Of a stretch of 59,537 nt of DNA, positions 14,169-22,947 are shown piece by piece. The stretch comes from a virus (lineage: Duplodnaviria > Caudoviricetes), in IMG/VR virus record IMGVR_UViG_3300042154_002141, positions 1-59,537 of that record; one strand, written 5' to 3'. How positions within the stretch are numbered: position 1 is the stretch's first letter; the number at the start of each line of letters is the position of its first letter. The translations under genes were made by a program, and so were the position numbers. A model generated the notes under the pieces. The model was given only the letters and a program-made list of their open reading frames with translations. It was not told the origin of the DNA and did not search any database.

Positions 14169-14512
14169 TGGGTAGGAAAAAGAGCAAGGGTCCTGAAGGA
14201 CCTCGCCCTAACGACAGCTGGAAGTACATCCTGGAGATGCAGATCAACGGGAGGAACGTCAGCAAGGGAACCGAGCTGAAGATACGCGGGGAGCGTGGGC
14301 GTTATAGATTTGTCCAATACATTGTCACTCCGACAACCGAGTGGTTAGATGTGTGGGGCGGAAAGAAGGGGGCTGAGCAGATGCGAAGCTTCAAGCTGGA
14401 CCGAGTAAAGACAGTCCACTACAAGAACCAAACCGTACAGAACCTTGCTGCTGAATACAAGCAGAAGTTAAAAGATAAGAAAGAAGAACTCAATGAGTCA
14501 GATCAAGATTAA
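14168..14512 (+). CDS. Hypothetical phage protein
   Basis: ORF overlapping both neighbours. Confidence 0.6.
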   Translation: MGRKKSKGPEGPRPNDSWKYILEMQINGRNVSKGTELKIRGERGRYRFVQYIVTPTTEWLDVWGGKKGAEQMRSFKLDRVKTVHYKNQTVQNLAAEYKQKLKDKKEELNESDQD

Positions 14513-14762
14513 GCCAATCGGCAACCGAGTTGCCATCCTGCAGAAAGATGCAGAGCAGACAACTGCCTCTGGACTAATCATTCCAGACGTAGCGCAGGAG
14601 AAGCCGCAGCAGGGTGAAGTAGTTGCCATCGGCAGTAAGGTAGAGGACATCGCTGTAGGCGACACCGTAATCTACTCGAAGTACGCTGGCACTACCCTGA
14701 CCCTTGGATCTAAGGAATACCTAGTCCTTGCAGAAGAAGATGTCTTCGCTGTATTAGGCTAA
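14493..14762 (+). CDS. groES: Co-chaperonin GroES
   Basis: IKPIGNRV, TTASGLIIPD, EKPQQGEVVAIG, YSKYAGT. Confidence 0.93.
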   Translation: MSQIKIKPIGNRVAILQKDAEQTTASGLIIPDVAQEKPQQGEVVAIGSKVEDIAVGDTVIYSKYAGTTLTLGSKEYLVLAEEDVFAVLG

Positions 14763-14799
14763 ATAAGTCAGTCATATAAAGTTAAGATATACTAGAGTT

Positions 14800-15489
14800 A
14801 TGAGCTGCGTATATGGTTTATTCTCAACTAAAGAGCCTGATAGGATTCGTTACATTGGGATTAGTAAATATGAGAATGCTGATAAAAGATTTGCTGCCCA
14901 CCTTAGCTCGGCTAGAAACGGCAATAAGGTAAAACATCTTCCGGTCTACAAATGGATAAACAGACATGAGTCAGATGGATTCTCTATTGGGTATGTGATA
15001 CTAGAGTCTGGCCTATCCTGGGATGAAGCCTGCGTCTTAGAGGCTTCTCATATTAGCGACTATCGAGTAAAAGATTCTAGTCTACTTAATGTCACTGATG
15101 GCGGAGATGGTTTTGTTGGCGGGTCTCACACTAGTGAGTCTATAGAAAAGATTAGGGCCTACTGGACTCCGGAAAAGAGGGCGGCTCAGAGGGATAGGAC
15201 TATGAGCAGGCCTAAGCATGTCTTCACTGAAGAGCAGATCAAGTTAATGAGTGAAAAAGCTAAAGGTAGACATCAAAGCCTTAGGGATAGCGGGTTGGTG
15301 TGGGGGATGGATGTTGGCCCCAAGGATAAAACGCCTAAAGAGGTAAAGGATAGGATTTTAGCGGAGCGTAGGTCTGGTACTAGTTTTGGTAAAATAGCCG
15401 CGGGTTTAAATAAGGATAGCGTACCTACATCTAATGGTGGTAAGTGGTATCCAACTAGTGTAAAAAACATATATGACAGGCTCAGCTAG
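14800..15489 (+). CDS. GIY-YIG-like endonuclease with C-terminal DNA-binding segment
   Basis: VYGL..IRYIG.S, R...H, LLNVTDGGDG; C-terminal IAAGLN..VPT..GGKW. Confidence 0.65.
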   Translation: MSCVYGLFSTKEPDRIRYIGISKYENADKRFAAHLSSARNGNKVKHLPVYKWINRHESDGFSIGYVILESGLSWDEACVLEASHISDYRVKDSSLLNVTDGGDGFVGGSHTSESIEKIRAYWTPEKRAAQRDRTMSRPKHVFTEEQIKLMSEKAKGRHQSLRDSGLVWGMDVGPKDKTPKEVKDRILAERRSGTSFGKIAAGLNKDSVPTSNGGKWYPTSVKNIYDRLS

Positions 15490-15708
15490 TAAAACCGTAT
15501 AAGATTATAAATAGTTTAGGTTTAAGTTTACACGCACAAAAGAGGCTCCCTTCGGGGGGCCTTTTCTGTACAATATGATACTTTATATAATAAAATCTCG
15601 ACGTCCGGTAGAAGTTTGAACGAAGCTTCGTGATAAGTTGTGTCGGAGCTAGATCCGCGCGTTCGTGCTGATTTGACATATTTCTTTGGGGGGATGTAAG
15701 ATGTAGAT

Positions 15709-16032
15709 ATGAGTAAAGATTTCTTTGAACTGTTCAGCAAGTACAATCCGCTGAAAGCTAAGGATACTGAAGAGTATTCTCTGGATGAGCACATTCACAC
15801 CTTCTACAAGACTCCGCAAGGTGGAGCCAAGTATGTATGCAACTGTGGTAAGTCCATGTCGAATGATGAGGTCTTCGAGACCGATTTGTCGACGTCCATA
15901 AGGAAACTATCGGAAACAGAAGAGATTCTGGACCTGATTGACAAGATGATGAAAAACCCTCCGATGCGTGGAGACATTGCGCTATCGGACCTGAAAAGAC
16001 AGATACTAGAGATGCTAGGAGAGCAGAAGTAG
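15709..16032 (+). CDS. Hypothetical protein
   Basis: ORF track; coupled to next gene. Confidence 0.55.
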   Translation: MSKDFFELFSKYNPLKAKDTEEYSLDEHIHTFYKTPQGGAKYVCNCGKSMSNDEVFETDLSTSIRKLSETEEILDLIDKMMKNPPMRGDIALSDLKRQILEMLGEQK

Positions 16033-16202
16033 TGTGCAAGATTGACAGTTGCGAGAAAAAGGTTTTTGGGCGGGGGATGTGCTCAATGCACTACTTCCGC
16101 GAAAAGCGAAGTGGCGACGTCCAGGAAGTCAGCGATGAAATCTATATCGAGGACATGGAGGACTTCTGGCAGTTCGTTAAGAAGGAACTTAACATTGCCT
16201 AA
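16032..16202 (+). CDS. Small Cys/His zinc-finger protein (56 aa), not in ORF track
   Basis: MCKIDSCEKKVFGRGMCSMHY; TAGTG coupling. Confidence 0.6.
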   Translation: MCKIDSCEKKVFGRGMCSMHYFREKRSGDVQEVSDEIYIEDMEDFWQFVKKELNIA

Positions 16203-16644
16203 AAAGATTGTTCTGGTGACCGGAGGGTTCGACCCTGTGCACTCCGGTCACATCTCGTACATCCGAGCCGCGCGTGGGTTGGGCGACGTCCTTATTGTTG
16301 GAGTCAACTCGGACGCTTGGTTGGCTCGCAAGAAAGGTGAGCCTTTCATGCCCTTTGACGAGCGTGGCGGCATCATTGAGGAGTTCAAGTCTGTCGACGT
16401 CGTTATTGAGTTTGATGACGCAGATGGTACAGCAATAGACGCGATTAAGCAGGTTCTCGAGCTTTACCCTGAGGACGAGGTTATCTTTGCCAATGGCGGG
16501 GATAGGACGCTTGAGAATATCCCTGAGATGGTGGTAGAGTCGGAAAGACTTCACTTCGTTTTTGGCGTAGGTGGGGAAGACAAGAAGAACAGCTCGAGCT
16601 GGATTCTGAAAGACTATAAGGAGAGAGTTAATGGCACTAAGTAG
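16195..16644 (+). CDS. Cytidylyl/adenylyltransferase-family protein
   Basis: TGGFDPVHSGH, VGVNSD.WL.RKKG, FANGGDR, KKNSSS; TTG start inferred. Confidence 0.85.
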   Translation: MPKKIVLVTGGFDPVHSGHISYIRAARGLGDVLIVGVNSDAWLARKKGEPFMPFDERGGIIEEFKSVDVVIEFDDADGTAIDAIKQVLELYPEDEVIFANGGDRTLENIPEMVVESERLHFVFGVGGEDKKNSSSWILKDYKERVNGTK

Positions 16645-16876
16645 TGAGTGTGAAGTACATGGTTGGAGCTGGGACCCTGCTGACGACATGGGTTGCCCCA
16701 TCTGTCACGCGACTAAGGTTGAGCGCGAGCGCACGCTGACTATCCTAGAGCGTAAGATGTCTGAGATGGTCGACGTCCTTAAGGGGTCAATGTCAGTCAA
16801 CGACCTAAATGACTTGATTGACGAGATTGCGTTTTCGGACAAGGTTGAGTTTGATAGAGACGGAGAGAACGAGTGA
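16631..16876 (+). CDS. Hypothetical protein
   Basis: GGAG RBS, CxxH/CxxC. Confidence 0.5.
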   Translation: MALSSECEVHGWSWDPADDMGCPICHATKVERERTLTILERKMSEMVDVLKGSMSVNDLNDLIDEIAFSDKVEFDRDGENE

Positions 16877-17118
16877 GAGACTGGAAATACTATGTCGCAC
16901 GTTCGTGGATGACAACTGTTTACGTTGTGCTTGGCGCTGCTCTTTTTGGGCTGCTTGGGCTATTTGTTTATGCAGCTACCCAGGTCCTTGAGATTCAGAT
17001 CTTCCTGCTTTTTGTGGCGGCTGGGATAGTTATTACCCTAGTCGTTAGTTTCACTAAGTGGGCAGATCGCTATATCGAGAAAGTTCGCATCGCGGAGAAA
17101 AAGAAGGTTAAGAAATAA
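16873..17118 (+). CDS. Small membrane protein
   Basis: Two hydrophobic helices, basic tail. Confidence 0.6.
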   Translation: MRDWKYYVARSWMTTVYVVLGAALFGLLGLFVYAATQVLEIQIFLLFVAAGIVITLVVSFTKWADRYIEKVRIAEKKKVKK

Positions 17119-17649
17119 ATGTTTGATATGACTCAAGGAGTCTGCAAAGACGAAAAAGATTTGGACGTCTTCTTTCCAGATGATGATGGTGCCTATGACC
17201 GCGAGACCCTGCGTTATGCAAAGTCTATTTGCATGAGATGCCCTGTTCAAAAGGAGTGTCGAGACATGGGGCTGACAATGCTTGATGAAGTTGGAGTCTG
17301 GGGTGGTCTAACGGAGAGGGAGAGACGCCGAGTTGCCAGGGGCACTGACAAGCCGAAAGGTCATGCATTGGTAGTGGCCAGGGCCGTAAACGCTGACCGG
17401 CCAAGAATGGCTTTGGAGGCAAGCATTCACCTATACAAGCAGGCCCTAGAAGAGCAACGGGAAGGTATGCCTCTGGAGACCTTTGACATACTTCAGGCGC
17501 GAATCAATAATCCAGACCTCTCATTGAGCGAGATCGGAAAGCTGCTTGGTACATCTAAAGACATAATCTCTGGTAGGTTGCGTAGAGTGAAAGAGGCTGT
17601 AGCCTCTGGTAGAAAGATTGACTGGACTCAAGGAAGGCAAGGAATCTAG
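17119..17649 (+). CDS. WhiB-family protein with C-terminal WhiA-type HTH
   Basis: C..DVFF..AKSICMRCPVQKEC..GVWGGLTERER, then ARINNPDLSLSEIGKLL..SKDIISGRLRR. Confidence 0.8.
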   Translation: MFDMTQGVCKDEKDLDVFFPDDDGAYDRETLRYAKSICMRCPVQKECRDMGLTMLDEVGVWGGLTERERRRVARGTDKPKGHALVVARAVNADRPRMALEASIHLYKQALEEQREGMPLETFDILQARINNPDLSLSEIGKLLGTSKDIISGRLRRVKEAVASGRKIDWTQGRQGI

Positions 17650-17654
17650 GGCTT

Positions 17655-17798
17655 ATGTCAGAAAACGAAAACGTCGACGTCCAGAGGGAAATCCTTGGAG
17701 AGAAGATTGAGATTGTGGAGATTACTTTGAAAGTGCTCCGTGAGAAACTAGACCTTATTGAAGCACAGCTTGATGTTCTGCAAAGGTTGACTGACTAG
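17655..17798 (+). CDS. Small coiled-coil protein (47 aa), not in ORF track
   Basis: MSENENVDVQREILGEKIEIVEITLKVLREKLDLIEAQLDVLQRLTD. Confidence 0.5.
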   Translation: MSENENVDVQREILGEKIEIVEITLKVLREKLDLIEAQLDVLQRLTD

Positions 17799-17899
17799 GT
17801 GTGCTAGAATAATCTCGAATCAGGCGCTATTTGGTGGTTCTTCTATGCGCCTTGCCGGAACGGTTCCGGACACGCCAGTAAGGATTCATCTGGCAAACT

Positions 17900-17974
17900 G
17901 CCCTTATAGCTCAACGGTAGAGCGCCGCTCTTGTAAAGCGGAGGTTGTGATCTCGGAATTCACTGGGGGCTCCA
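17900..17974 (+). tRNA. tRNA-Thr(UGU) with non-canonical T arm
   Basis: Acceptor GCCCTTA/TGGGGGC, D arm GCTC/GAGC, anticodon arm CCGCT-CTTGTAA-AGCGG, CCA encoded. Confidence 0.85.
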
Positions 17975-17993
17975 GATAAGTTACAATAGAAGT

Positions 17994-18224
17994 ATGAAAG
18001 ATCCGCACTCTCCCGCGGGGCTAGAAGACATTGACTTCGAACTAGAAAAACTAGAAGCCTACGCTGTGGACCAAGTTAGAAGAGCCGAGCAACTCGGTGA
18101 AGACCGTCAGCGCGTTGAGTTCTTTGAGAAGCTCCGAGAGCTGATTGGGGAGAAGGATGCTGCCGGAGATTCGGTGGCGGTAGAAGTTCTCTCTTGGGTC
18201 TACGAAAAACTTTCTGAACTCTGA
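17994..18224 (+). CDS. Hypothetical protein
   Basis: ORF track. Confidence 0.5.
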   Translation: MKDPHSPAGLEDIDFELEKLEAYAVDQVRRAEQLGEDRQRVEFFEKLRELIGEKDAAGDSVAVEVLSWVYEKLSEL

Positions 18225-18225
18225 C

Positions 18226-18255
18226 TTGACAAAATGTCGTCGACGTCCCTAAGAT
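18226..18255 (+). promoter_or_regulatory. Sigma-70/SigA-type promoter with GTCGACGTCC in the spacer
   Basis: TTGACA-N18-TAAGAT, ATG at 18262. Confidence 0.6.
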
Positions 18256-18385
18256 GTATATATGAACGACTTTCAAAAAGAGTGTGAGCGCGTCGCTAAG
18301 CAAATAAAGCTTGAGCGTTTGATGCAGCAAAAGCGCCTGTATGAACAAGCAAAACGTCAACGTAAGGAAGAAAGGTTGAGTCGCT

Positions 18386-18541
18386 GTGAGCGCAACGTAT
18401 AGTAAGAAGTCTCTAGAGGAGATCCTCCGCGAGGCTGTAAATACTCCGCGCTGTGTGTGTGGTTGTGGCCGATACTCTGCTGAGAATACTTTCTCTAGCC
18501 CTGAGTGCTTCAACCGTGAAGAAGAGGAAGTGATTTACTAA
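18386..18541 (+). CDS. Small Cys-rich protein ending EEEEVIY (51 aa), not in ORF track
   Basis: MSATYSKK..CVCGCGR..NREEEEVIY; TAATG coupling. Confidence 0.6.
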   Translation: MSATYSKKSLEEILREAVNTPRCVCGCGRYSAENTFSSPECFNREEEEVIY

Positions 18542-18759
18542 TGGGCTGGAGAAGTATGGAGGCGGACTGGGACAACGGAATCGCGTATTGCGGAGAGTGT
18601 GCGCGTGAGTTCAGTGCTGCAGATAGTGTCGTGGAGGGCGGGGCTGAAGATGCAATTTGCTCGGATGAGTGCTACGATAAATACATAGGTGGTCCTGTTG
18701 TAGTGAACACCTTTTATATTCCGGAAAACAATGGTGAGGAGCCAGACGTTGTCTACTAA
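18541..18759 (+). CDS. Zinc-finger protein ending GEEPDVVY
   Basis: CGEC..CSDEC; C-terminal tag. Confidence 0.65.
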   Translation: MGWRSMEADWDNGIAYCGECAREFSAADSVVEGGAEDAICSDECYDKYIGGPVVVNTFYIPENNGEEPDVVY

Positions 18760-19024
18760 AGAAACAGTGTCGTTGAAGATTGGGGATCGAATCGTCGACG
18801 TCCCTAAGTATCTAGATCTTCCTGTAAAAACTATGATGGTAATCCTTAAGGAAAAGGATCCTAACCAACAGTTCATGTTGTCTTTGGAGGCTCTGTGCGA
18901 GCAACTGGAGGAGGAGGACGTGGACGTGATTGACGGTATGTCTGCTAGTGAGGCGGTTGCTTTGGTTACTGAGTGGATGAGCAAGTCAACGGAGCGTGAT
19001 GGAGAGGAGCCAGAGATTGTCTAG
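18749..19024 (+). CDS. Hypothetical protein ending GEEPEIV
   Basis: TTG start 7 nt after GAGGAG. Confidence 0.6.
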   Translation: MSTKETVSLKIGDRIVDVPKYLDLPVKTMMVILKEKDPNQQFMLSLEALCEQLEEEDVDVIDGMSASEAVALVTEWMSKSTERDGEEPEIV

Positions 19025-19241
19025 GATTGCTGAGCACGCTATTGGTTCTAGTATCGGTATAGAGACTATCCCTTGGCCTAGGTGCAAGGTTTGCGATGGA
19101 GCTATCTATAAGGGGTTCAACGAGGACCGCGTTCGTAATGTCGCTACAGATGATGATGGAAAGCTCTACCACATCTTCGCGATTGACTGTATGCTGAGTC
19201 CTAGAGTTTTTAACAAAGAGGAGCCGGACATTGTTTATTGA
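19017..19241 (+). CDS. Hypothetical protein ending KEEPDIVY
   Basis: TTG start after GAGGAG; CKVC..H...C. Confidence 0.6.
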   Translation: MSRIAEHAIGSSIGIETIPWPRCKVCDGAIYKGFNEDRVRNVATDDDGKLYHIFAIDCMLSPRVFNKEEPDIVY

Positions 19242-19566
19242 GAGACCTTGGGGCGGCTACATGATTGTTTACAGTAGCCCTGAAGTTACCATGAAGATTC
19301 TCAAGGTGCTTCCTGGAAAGCGCCTGTCGCTGCAAACTCACGCTCTTCGTTCGGAAGAGTGGCGTCCGATTACTGGCGGGCTGTCAGCTCGCATAGGCGC
19401 TGGTATGTATGATTTGGTGGTTGGCAAAACCTATATCGTCGACGTCGGTATGGTTCATAGACTAATCAATGATGGGAGTGATGTTGGATATGTTGCGGAA
19501 ATCATAAAAGGTGTGTACCATGAAGAAGACATTGAAAGATTGGAAGATGACTATGGCAGATCTTGA
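19231..19566 (+). CDS. Cupin, mannose-6-phosphate isomerase type II C-terminal-like
   Basis: ERPWGGY, PGKRLSLQTH..RSEEW, HRL.N, EEDIERLEDDYGR. Confidence 0.8.
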   Translation: MFIERPWGGYMIVYSSPEVTMKILKVLPGKRLSLQTHALRSEEWRPITGGLSARIGAGMYDLVVGKTYIVDVGMVHRLINDGSDVGYVAEIIKGVYHEEDIERLEDDYGRS

Positions 19567-19849
19567 GTTTCGAGTTGGTGGGTTTCCTTTTGTGGCTAAG
19601 AACTACAAAGAGGACATTGAGCTGAACTTTGGTATGACGCGTTCGCTAGCTATGAGTGGTGGGGAGATTACGTTTTCTTTTCTGCCTTACATGCTTTCGG
19701 CTTTGAAGACTAAGCGTGACAAAGATGTTTTTAACTCGTTAGCGAATCCTGTGAAGCTTCGCGTAATCAAAGTTTGGTATGACGCCTGTAATGGTGTAGG
19801 TTTGTCGACGTCCCTAAATAATGGAGAAGAGCCTGACATTGTCTACTGA
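19553..19849 (+). CDS. Hypothetical protein ending GEEPDIVY
   Basis: ORF track, C-terminal tag. Confidence 0.6.
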   Translation: MADLEFRVGGFPFVAKNYKEDIELNFGMTRSLAMSGGEITFSFLPYMLSALKTKRDKDVFNSLANPVKLRVIKVWYDACNGVGLSTSLNNGEEPDIVY

Positions 19850-20084
19850 TTTACAGCTTGGGGATTACGCTGTCTTTAAAAACAGCCCTGACATACACAC
19901 CGCTGACGTCTATAAGGTTGTTCGTATCGTTACGAGTGGTTATGGCTTTAATATTGAGCGTGTAGTTATGGTTGCTTCGGAAGATGGAAAAGAGTACCCT
20001 GTGACTGATAATCAACTTATTCGAGTTGCTGGACCAGTGGTGAGTCATCTTAATCTTGGTGAGGAGCCAAATATTGTCTACTGA
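19839..20084 (+). CDS. Hypothetical protein ending GEEPNIVY
   Basis: TTG start within upstream tag codons. Confidence 0.6.
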   Translation: MSTDLQLGDYAVFKNSPDIHTADVYKVVRIVTSGYGFNIERVVMVASEDGKEYPVTDNQLIRVAGPVVSHLNLGEEPNIVY

Positions 20085-20361
20085 CATTAGAATCAATCAC
20101 AAGGGTATGGTTCTCTTTGCTAAGCCTCTGCTCGAACTGCAGGGGGAAACTGGTGGAGAGTATGTTCCTTACATAATCAAATACCGCGCTATGAATATAG
20201 CTGAGGATACGTTTGCTAGATACGCTCTCGTTAAGTCCACTGAATATACCTATCAAATGTTTGTGGACCTTGAGCCGCATGAACGTAGGGGTATCGTGGA
20301 GCGCTGGTTAGATGAATCTCTGATTCCTGGTAAATATGAGGAACCGGACATTGTCTACTGA
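20074..20361 (+). CDS. Hypothetical protein ending YEEPDIVY
   Basis: TTG start within upstream tag codons. Confidence 0.6.
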   Translation: MSTDIRINHKGMVLFAKPLLELQGETGGEYVPYIIKYRAMNIAEDTFARYALVKSTEYTYQMFVDLEPHERRGIVERWLDESLIPGKYEEPDIVY

Positions 20362-20689
20362 GCCTGAGTTTGGCATAGAGGATTACCCTGAGCCGGACTA
20401 CCGCTGCTTTAGATGTGGTGAAGATCTTTCGGATGAAGATGAAGAGACTTATAGTGAGTGGGCTGCAGTAGATACTGGTGAGCCTATCCTCCTACATAAT
20501 GAGGATTGCCTTGAGCCTCCTGCAATGTCGTTCTTTAGGACCTGTGAGTGCTGCGAGTCTGAGTTTGATTTGTCTGATCAGAGGTTTGTGGTGGGGGAGG
20601 GTAAGACTTGGTACTGCAGCGAAGGGTGTAAGATTAGACATGAACGTGTTTGTCTTATGAATGTTGAGGAACCTGATATTGTCTACTAA
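20351..20689 (+). CDS. Zinc-finger protein ending VEEPDIVY
   Basis: CFRC, CECC, CSEGC. Confidence 0.6.
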   Translation: MSTEPEFGIEDYPEPDYRCFRCGEDLSDEDEETYSEWAAVDTGEPILLHNEDCLEPPAMSFFRTCECCESEFDLSDQRFVVGEGKTWYCSEGCKIRHERVCLMNVEEPDIVY

Positions 20690-20858
20690 CTCCTTTGTCG
20701 GAAAAAAGGTTTCCATCGGACTTCGATATGTAATCGAGATGGGTGCAGCTGAGGGTGTAGTTATTGAGGAGAGTTCAATAGGGGTTCTTGTTCAGGTAAA
20801 ACGTAATACTGTGTTCTACCCGTGGACGTCCATTGTGTATCTTCGTATTGACGAATAA
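20679..20858 (+). CDS. Small Sm/SH3-like hypothetical protein
   Basis: TTG start; FYPWTSIVYL. Confidence 0.5.
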   Translation: MSTNSFVGKKVSIGLRYVIEMGAAEGVVIEESSIGVLVQVKRNTVFYPWTSIVYLRIDE

Positions 20859-20883
20859 CAAAACGCTGTGCTAGTATTGCGTT

Positions 20884-21579
20884 ATGGAAATCAAATACCG
20901 CAGTGACATGACCGTTAAGCTTGTGCAGAGCATGGCTTCGGACTCGGCAGTAACACTGGCTGCCCGCGTATCAACTGGTGCTGTGGAGAGCACTCCGGAA
21001 AAAGAAGCCGGACTAATCAACTACCTGATGCGAGATCGTCATGGTTCTCCGTTTGAACACAACGCTTTTACGTTCTACATTGAAGCTCCTATCTTCGTGT
21101 TCCGTGAGTTTATGCGTCACCGCATGGCTTCTTACAATGAGGAGAGTGGACGTTACAAGGAGCTGGAGCCTGTGTTCTACGTCCCTAACCTAGAACGTAA
21201 GTTGGTTCAAAAAGGTAAGCCAGGTGCTTACGAGTTTGAGCTTGGAGACATTAGTCAGTTGGCTACTGTTTATCGCTCAAGTTACAATGCGAACAAGGCT
21301 GCCTATGAGGAGTATCAGAAGATGTTGCACGCTGGTGTAGCCCGAGAGATTGCTCGTGGAGTTCTTCCTGTTGGTTTGTATTCTTCTATGTATGTAACTA
21401 TGAATGCTCGTGCTTTGATGAACTTCCTGTCGTTACGTACTACCCGTGAGGGAACGCACTTCCCTAGTTTCCCTCAGCGTGAAATCGAAATGGTTGCTGA
21501 GCAGATGGAGTGCCACTTCGCAGAGAAGATGCCTCTTACCTATGAAGCCTTCAACAAGAACGGACGCGTGGCACCATAA
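20884..21579 (+). CDS. thyX: FAD-dependent thymidylate synthase
   Basis: HGSPFEH, REFMRHRMASYNEESGRY, NARALMNFLSLR. Confidence 0.96.
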   Translation: MEIKYRSDMTVKLVQSMASDSAVTLAARVSTGAVESTPEKEAGLINYLMRDRHGSPFEHNAFTFYIEAPIFVFREFMRHRMASYNEESGRYKELEPVFYVPNLERKLVQKGKPGAYEFELGDISQLATVYRSSYNANKAAYEEYQKMLHAGVAREIARGVLPVGLYSSMYVTMNARALMNFLSLRTTREGTHFPSFPQREIEMVAEQMECHFAEKMPLTYEAFNKNGRVAP

Positions 21580-21770
21580 TGGATTCTTATGGCGTAGTTA
21601 CTATGGGGCCGTGGTTGTTCTCGATTCCGGGACTTCTTGTTTATCTTCTAGGGATCTTCATCATCTTGTTCTGGTCGCGTGACCGTGCTCTTTGGGAGTT
21701 CGTTATCTCCACTATTATGTTCAACGTTCTCTGGAACTTGCTTGGATTCGCTTTTGTTGTTCGTGCATAA
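21579..21770 (+). CDS. Small membrane protein
   Basis: Two hydrophobic helices; TAATG coupling. Confidence 0.55.
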   Translation: MDSYGVVTMGPWLFSIPGLLVYLLGIFIILFWSRDRALWEFVISTIMFNVLWNLLGFAFVVRA

Positions 21771-21941
21771 AACGACATATTTAGCAAACATTGTGATACA
21801 ATTTAGTTAGTGCGGGAGTTGTTGCCAGCACTAGCATGGACGTTATCAGCCATGTTTCTCCTTTCTGTCAAGAAAAGCCCCTCGAGAAATCGGGGGGTTT
21901 TTCGACTTGACAAACTATTTGTGTAGTGCTAATTTCTAACT

Positions 21942-22421
21942 ATGCAAACATTTCTACCTTTTATTGAGTTCAGTGAGTCAGCTAAGGCCCTGGACAGCAA
22001 GCGACTAAACAAGCAAATCCTTGAGGGATACCAGATCCTCAACGTCCTTAGTAATGACGACCCTCGCGCTGGATGGCGCAATCACCCTGCAGTAAAGATG
22101 TGGAGAGGTCACGAGGTGGCTCTATGGAACTATATCTTCGAGTGTGTTGAAGAGGCTGACCGCCGAGGCATCAAGACAGACAAGAACGTAGAGAACCTGC
22201 GAGCCTTGCGTGATCGTGCTGGTCACATGTGGGGCTATGGTCTTCCTGAGTGGTTTAGCAATGCAGAGGCTCTCAATCGTGTCGTTATGACGCACAGAGC
22301 CAACCTCTATAAGAAAGACCCTTACTTCTATGTGGACTTCTGTAATGCTGTGGAGGACGCGTGGAATGAGCCATGCTGCGAGAAGTGCAACTACTACTGG
22401 GTGACGCACGTTCCTGCCTAA
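21942..22421 (+). CDS. Pyrimidine-dimer DNA glycosylase/endonuclease V-like protein
   Basis: MQTFLP...LDSKRLNKQILE..GWRNHPAVKMWRGHE, HRANL.KKDP; upstream TTGACA. Confidence 0.8.
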   Translation: MQTFLPFIEFSESAKALDSKRLNKQILEGYQILNVLSNDDPRAGWRNHPAVKMWRGHEVALWNYIFECVEEADRRGIKTDKNVENLRALRDRAGHMWGYGLPEWFSNAEALNRVVMTHRANLYKKDPYFYVDFCNAVEDAWNEPCCEKCNYYWVTHVPA

Positions 22422-22440
22422 GATATGGTAGGATGGCGCT

Positions 22441-22947
22441 ATGAGAAACAAAACTACTGAAGTTGTTGCTGTCGACGTCCCTGAGATTATAAATCTGGGT
22501 GGAGATTCGTTCTTTGCAACTGTTGAAATCATCAAGACGGATGGTGGCTATAGTACTGAGTGGTGGGTGTCCGGTAACTTTGAGGGGGAGTTACTGGTTG
22601 TCGGCTCCCTGTGTGTGCCTGTGTGGGGTGAGACACTGGAAGATGCCAGTAAGAAGGTCGTACACTTACGGAAGACCGTTTTAGACCTGATTCTAAGCGT
22701 GTATGACGGGGGTGCAAAGGTGCATTCAACGCCTACAAAGAGCCTAAAGTTCGAGATTGCCAGACGTCATATCACTTACTATGTGGATTCTGGGGTGTTT
22801 GTCGGTGCTAAAGATCGTTTTGTGGCTGCTTACAGCCTTGCTCAGCAGTTCCGAGTCAAGGAAATCGCTCAACTACTCTCTGACATTCTTAATGTAAACG
22901 TGAGAACTGTCCACGACTGGATCTATCAAGCCCGCCAACGCGGGTAA
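22441..22947 (+). CDS. Hypothetical protein with C-terminal HTH
   Basis: LSDILNVNVRTVHDWIYQARQRG. Confidence 0.55.
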   Translation: MRNKTTEVVAVDVPEIINLGGDSFFATVEIIKTDGGYSTEWWVSGNFEGELLVVGSLCVPVWGETLEDASKKVVHLRKTVLDLILSVYDGGAKVHSTPTKSLKFEIARRHITYYVDSGVFVGAKDRFVAAYSLAQQFRVKEIAQLLSDILNVNVRTVHDWIYQARQRG

